A stretch of 64,000 nucleotides of DNA, taken from assembly GCA_040285825.1 (NCBI GenBank), contig JAUPSS010000003.1, forward strand, positions 2,728,001 through 2,792,000, written 5' to 3'. Made by a program: the position numbers and the translations under genes. The notes beneath the pieces are model-generated. The model saw only the letters and a list, made by a program, of their open reading frames with translations. It made no database searches and was not told the DNA's origin. The DNA is from Eukaryota sp. TZLM1-RC (taxonomy: Eukaryota; Protista; Metamonada: BaSk clade). Shown here piece by piece: positions 58,610-64,000 of the stretch (within the stretch, counting starts at the first letter, position 1; each line of letters opens with the position of its first letter).

Positions 58610-59614
58610 TCATCAACTAAAAAAGCATCTCACTTTGGTTGCACTTGGTGAAATTTTTTCTTTCGCCAACTGTTTCGTTCACCAACTCAAATAACTACCT
58701 TTTGTCTTGTATGGGTCTTACATTTCAAATTTCAGCATTATGTTTGAGTAGACAGGACTCAATTTCAGACCACAAACAATTCAAGTAGAAAATGTATACG
58801 TTTAGTCTATTTTTTAGATGTGGTTGAGTCAGTTGCCCTTTATTTGCAATTATATTCAAGACAATAATTTGAAATTATCGAAGCGGCTGAAGCTTGAAGC
58901 TGGTGTGTACCAGTCAGATCCTAGAATTAATAACATTATTGTGTTAATTTTAAAAGAGGAGTATTAGATTCTATTCATTGAACAGGTAAAACTTTCTCAA
59001 TCTTCACCTTAATTATAAAATCCTCTTTCACCACACGACTTCTTTCACCAACACTTGAACGAACACTTTAATAAAACTTGAATCGATAATATTTTATTTT
59101 AGAACTATTAGTTATGCGGTGAGTATTAGCACTTTTAGTTACAATTTAAATCACCTATAATACTACCGTCACTAATATTATATATTATTATATATATTTA
59201 TATTATTATATAAATATTAATCACTAGTATTTACACAAATAATTATCAACCACGCACATTCAAAACAGTGGAGGTTCAAAAATAGGTTATAAACCAGAAA
59301 ATCTGCTTAACAATCAACGTGAAATACTGAGCTTGCAACACTTTTAAGCCCCCGCCTATGGTGTGTTTCTATCATTTTACTCCATGAGACAACCATATAC
59401 GAAATTCTATAGTAGAAAAGAGTCGGTACGAGCAATTGAGAGCCTGAATTGCTAATTCTCTAAAGATGGTATTCATTTTGGACTTTGGAATGGATCATTT
59501 CATTAATGAAATTCAGCTATTAGCAACTTTTTCTCTTGCTAAAACTTCACAAGAATAATGATTCAACCAAAAAATCCAAAATTAAATAACTTATATTGAT
59601 TTATTAGATAACTT

Positions 59615-60250
59615 ATCAATCATCATCTAAATAAACCATCTCTCCCAAAACAAAACAATTAGATGCACCTTTTTCATAGTGAGATCCAAGTGAATATAAG
59701 CATCAGAAACCATCTTCAACATCCCCTTAAAAATCGAAAACACAATTCTATTTTGCTAAAACAATCTGTTGACATTTCTGTTAGTTCTTCACTTTACAAT
59801 CATTTCAAAATCTGCCTTAAACCGAATAGCCGTACGAGCAAGTGACCAAATAGAGAAAATACAAATGGATACAAATTGTAATTTGCATGCTGTTGGCTGG
59901 ACAATTTGGACAAAGGTTCATTGTGTTTTTTGATTTTGAAATTTTCAACATTTAAAAGAGGATTAAGAATTTCGGAATTCGCAAACCTTTCATTTGAGGC
60001 ATTACAAGGATCAACAGACATTACATCCAATAAAATGCAGGTTCCGTCTAATCCAGGTAATATGACATCAACTCTATTGTTCTTATGAAAATCATCTTCA
60101 GTATCAAACAGATTTGACAACAGAGGTTACAAAAAAAGCTTCATTTCTATGAGACTTACACATACAATAAAATTGGTCTCTTACACCATCGTGAACCTTA
60201 CTTCTAAAAGTAATCAAATGTTTACAATTAAACCAATGAGTATTTGTAAT
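59615..60250 (-). mobile_element. Decayed 3' fragment of non-LTR family A
   Basis: Collinear with 43030-43670. Confidence 0.85.
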
Positions 60251-60869
60251 TTAACCAAAAAATCCAAATTTGACAATAACAATTCAAGACTCTGATAGTT
60301 CGTACTTTTTAATGTATGTCTACTAATATTTTAGTAATATTTTTCCATCAGTGATGTTAACTCCCAAATCAGGATTGTCTTCCTTTTCATCTGTATTGTT
60401 TGAGATAAGAATAAGATCATGTCTTAATTCAGTCACAACCAAAGGACAATTGATTTGTGTTATAAGGTAAATCGCAGTAAACATCGTAATGATTTAGGCA
60501 AGGAAGTAAGAGCTTATCAAAATTATTTAAAATTGAATAATGTCTCAATTTAGGTTTATTGTGTATTTTGGGGATTTGAAACTTAAAATCAATTAGAAAA
60601 TAAAAAAAATAAAATTTTTAAAATAAAACGTGATACAACGTAGCAGATCCAGATTGACATAAGAAACATATAAAAGGCAAAAGTTTAAATCCGTTTAGGC
60701 ATTTTGGGACAAATTTTGCGTCAATAAAGGTTATCAGCAGTAGGTAATACATGCAAGAACAAATTAATTGCAAACTTGATGCTTCTAGGAGGTAAATCAA
60801 TCAACATGGACAGCCAATGATGATCAGCATTCATATTTTCCGAGTCATTAATAATAAGCAACTGTTCAA

Positions 60870-61570
60870 AAGAAAAATGTATTTGTTCGAATTCACCTCA
60901 ACTCACTTTGCGCCATGCTCTGAATTGTTCTAAATTGATAACTTATCGTTCTTCAATACATGATGCTGTTAGAGACACTGTTTTCAATATGACTCAAACT
61001 GCAAGAATATCATGTATCAAAGAGCCTCTGCTGAAGGAAACATTTTCTCTGAATAACTTTAGTTCTGATGATAGAGGTGATGTATACCGTGATTGGATTG
61101 ATAATTCTGAAGCTATTGTTGACTTTGTCTCATGTTATGTTGCAAATGATACTTTGGTTCACAGAAGAAAACTTAATCCTGTGAGTGCTCTTGATTTTAA
61201 AGCAAAAGAAAAACATAGAAAATATGATAAAGATGTTGAAGAAGCTAATGCTGATAGAAATACACAGCTGGTTTTTATTGCTTTCCCATTTTCGATAAAT
61301 GGAAGATTATCAGACGAAGCAGAAACTTTTTTGAATGATTTCCAAAAAATGGTTCAAGAAAAAACAATGAAAAGATTTGATATTTTTTTATGGCGTTCAC
61401 GGATTCAATTTGCCATTATTAATAGATTACCTCGGTTTTTCAATCGAATAAGAGAAGTTTTAGCTAGACAGCAAGCAGATCAAGATTTTGTGGAGGGAAT
61501 CGTGGTTCAATGATAGTCGTCCCATGAGTTATGAGTTAATTTAATAAAGTGTGCATGTTCAATAAATAAA
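60870..61570 (+). mobile_element. 3' fragment of non-LTR family C
   Basis: Open frame HALNC…HDAVRD…RGDVY…KHRKYDK…FVEGIVVQ*. Highly similar to 38000-38695. Confidence 0.88.
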
Positions 61571-62069
61571 TGAATATGAATGTGTCGATTTTACTTTGAA
61601 TTTCATCATTTTTAAAATACGAAATTAATTTTCTTTCGAATTTGGGTATTTGTCAATCTATTTCTTTCTTCAATTGAAAAAGAATATTACTCGAACTTTT
61701 TAATTGGATTAAATTTCCGTTTACAAAAGATATTTTTTGATTTTTTATAAAGAAGCTCTGTGTTTGTATTATATAGTTTATTATAGTTTATTTATATTTG
61801 TGCCCTAGCGCTTAAGTCGAAGGAGTCCTTTTTGGTTTCGTATAAGATAACTTGATGAAAATTAGTGAAATTACTGTTCCTATGATGAACAAAGAAATAA
61901 CATTAACGATGCTTAATAACAGCATATGGACCATTACGCAAGAGCTAACCCTAAAGACAAGAAACGTATCGGAAAATGCAAATTCGTGAAATCCGGTAAC
62001 ATCTCTCTAAGTCATCGAAGTAAACGCCAGAAGAACCAGATCAATAAGGGTTGTACATGACAATTTTCT

Positions 62070-64000
62070 GAGGTTGAATTTGACCATCGAATTTCCCAAG
62101 TTTCAAATGTCATCAACGTTGCCAAACGTTGTTTGGATCACATTCAGTCAACTGTTGTTTCTATCAACCTTGACAATGATAACGATAACAAGACGTTGTT
62201 TTTTGTACTCAAAAAGGTCGAAAAGACATTCACGTTAAAGTTGCATGAGGACGGGATTGATTGTCCACCCATGGAAATCAACTTTTATAATGAAAGTGTT
62301 CGAGTCAGGAGACCACCTCGTAGGTTAAACCCTGAGAAGCAGAAAGTCGCTAAAAAAATTTTCGTCTAACTCGTCCAATCTGGATTCGCTGTTCAATAGA
62401 ACCATAACTTCAGCTTTCCAGTGTGTTTAGTGGTATACCTATTGATCGTAAGCTTCGTTTTATCAAGTGTTTACAGTGGGAAATACGGCATCAATGCTGA
62501 CAGCATACCCGTTAAATAAAATTTTTCAAGAATATCTGATGTGCTTGTCTTCCTTTCGGAAGCAAACTATATAGGCACCTTAGATCTCGACAAAGCCTTC
62601 TTGCCAGTGAAGATTGTAGAGAAGAGCATTGAGAAAACAGCACTGAACAATCCTGGCAATAGCATTATGTTCAAACGAACAGCTTTTGGCCTCAAAAACG
62701 TGCCAGTTGTGTTTCAAAACGTCATGTCTGAAAACTTTTTCCGGTGATGGAATTTTAATCTTGATAGACTATCATCATTATCGGTAGTTACTTCAATGAG
62801 CTCGTCGATCGTTTAAGACGTTTCTTCGAGCAAGATCGTATTTATAGAGTTAGGTTTGGCCTGATCAAGTGTCATTTCGTGTCTTCAAGACACCCAATAT
62901 ATATTTGGCAGCAGCTTCCAAAACAAGACCAGAAAGAAAGACCCTACACACACTGACTTTTTTCTGAATTTTCCAAGACCGAAGACATTGAGAGACGCCC
63001 AAAGACCTATTGGTTCAGTCAACTTCATTAGGGAATGGCTTCCTCAAGTAACGAAGCATCTTGCACCTATCATCAAATTAACCCATGGAAAGCACCTGTC
63101 GCCTGCAGTGGACAGACACCTGGGAAATATCAAACGCCTATTAACTGAGCACATGCCCCTCAACTTACCTCTTACAGAGAACCAAGTCTCGATTAGTTGT
63201 GAAACTTCCGATAACGCTGTTCGCAGTGTCATTTGAGAACAAATCGAACTTGTAGAGTACCCTGATACAACCTTGTTTAACAAGAAATGCAGGCCAATCA
63301 GCTTTTTCAGCCATTAGTTAACAAACTCACAACAGAACTGGCCTTAAAGTTAGAAAAAGCTTTACGCTATATTTCGGTTGTTGACCGAAAATAGCTTCGA
63401 AAACTGCCTCAAAAAAAGGCGACTGATCATGTTTACATGTAATCAACACCTGATTTACAAGGTCACCGCACACAACAATCCAACAAGAACAGAGTAGTAA
63501 AAGGGTGGCTACCAATCTTCTCTGTGTTTCTATTCGACATTGTTCACACCAAAGGGGAAGAAAATCACTGTGTTGATTTGTTATCTAGAATAGTCCCGCC
63601 CCAAGACACGCACTCGGAAAAGATTGGCTCAGTGAACGAGATGGAGTTTCATCCAATCTTTTACACTGAAAGGATTGACGAAACAGTGCCCGAAACATGC
63701 TTCGTGAAAATCCTCGACACCTTCGAGAAGGTTTTTATCCTTCAAGACAGATGCTCCAACGGCCTTCCGCTATTTGAGCCATAGCTACGCAGGATCAGGT
63801 CCGAACAACAGCGCGCTGCCCCTTCTAAGGACACCTAGTTCAACAACTGTACTCTGTACAGCCGTTGAGGTCTTTATCTAACCCCCGAACACAAGATAGT
63901 GATTCCGGAATCACTGGGCGAGGAAGCGCTTAATTTTCTGAACGGACTCCCTTATGATTATTACCCCAGCAAATCTGAGTGTCTTTTCAGACTTCAAAAC
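62070..64000 (+). mobile_element. Second, heavily decayed Ty3/gypsy pol (runs off the window)
   Basis: GIDCPP…RRLNP, LDLDKAF, FGLKNVP, GSVNFIREWL, HMPL and FDIVHTKGEENH.VDLLSR are collinear with the 48379-51990 pol. Many stops. Confidence 0.85.

Noticed and set aside
1-64000. Alternative genetic code (stop reassignment) as the cause of broken ORFs
   Set aside because: TAA, TAG and TGA all terminate conserved genes at expected positions. The breaks are explained by introns or TE decay.
1-64000. CRISPR arrays, rRNA or prokaryotic operons
   Set aside because: No regularly spaced repeats or rRNA signatures were seen, and the sequence is eukaryotic.

Overview
AT-rich, gene-dense nuclear DNA from a microbial eukaryote using the standard genetic code. 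It is probably an anaerobic flagellate of metamonad type, inferred from intron style, a ciliary TMEM17/216-like gene and bacterial-type enzymes. Host genes: NCL-like cation exchanger, OFA/OxlT-like MFS transporter, frameshifted secreted LRR protein, PPAN/SSF1, a Bacteroidetes-like secreted protein, a divergent ubiquitin, glycerol kinase, CH-domain protein, kinesin with two PH domains, TMEM17/216-like protein, coiled-coil protein, SFT2, DNA polymerase epsilon catalytic subunit and a bacterial-type fold-II PLP enzyme. There is also a tRNA-Val(AAC) and an aberrant Ile-like tRNA with a Thr anticodon. Much intergenic DNA consists of fragments from several families of CRE-like RLE non-LTR retrotransposons, including one TSD-flanked copy with both ends about 60-75 bp upstream of tRNA-Val. 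A Ty3/gypsy element with 81-bp LTRs, a second decayed gypsy and DNA-transposon remnants are also present. Main signal: 13 tiny introns (28-36 nt) reconstructed by hand, 12 of which have a YTNAY branch-like A exactly 6 nt before the intron end. Two of them end in TG or AT instead of AG but keep this spacing, suggesting 3' splice sites chosen by distance from the branch point. Single-base consensus errors remain the alternative explanation.
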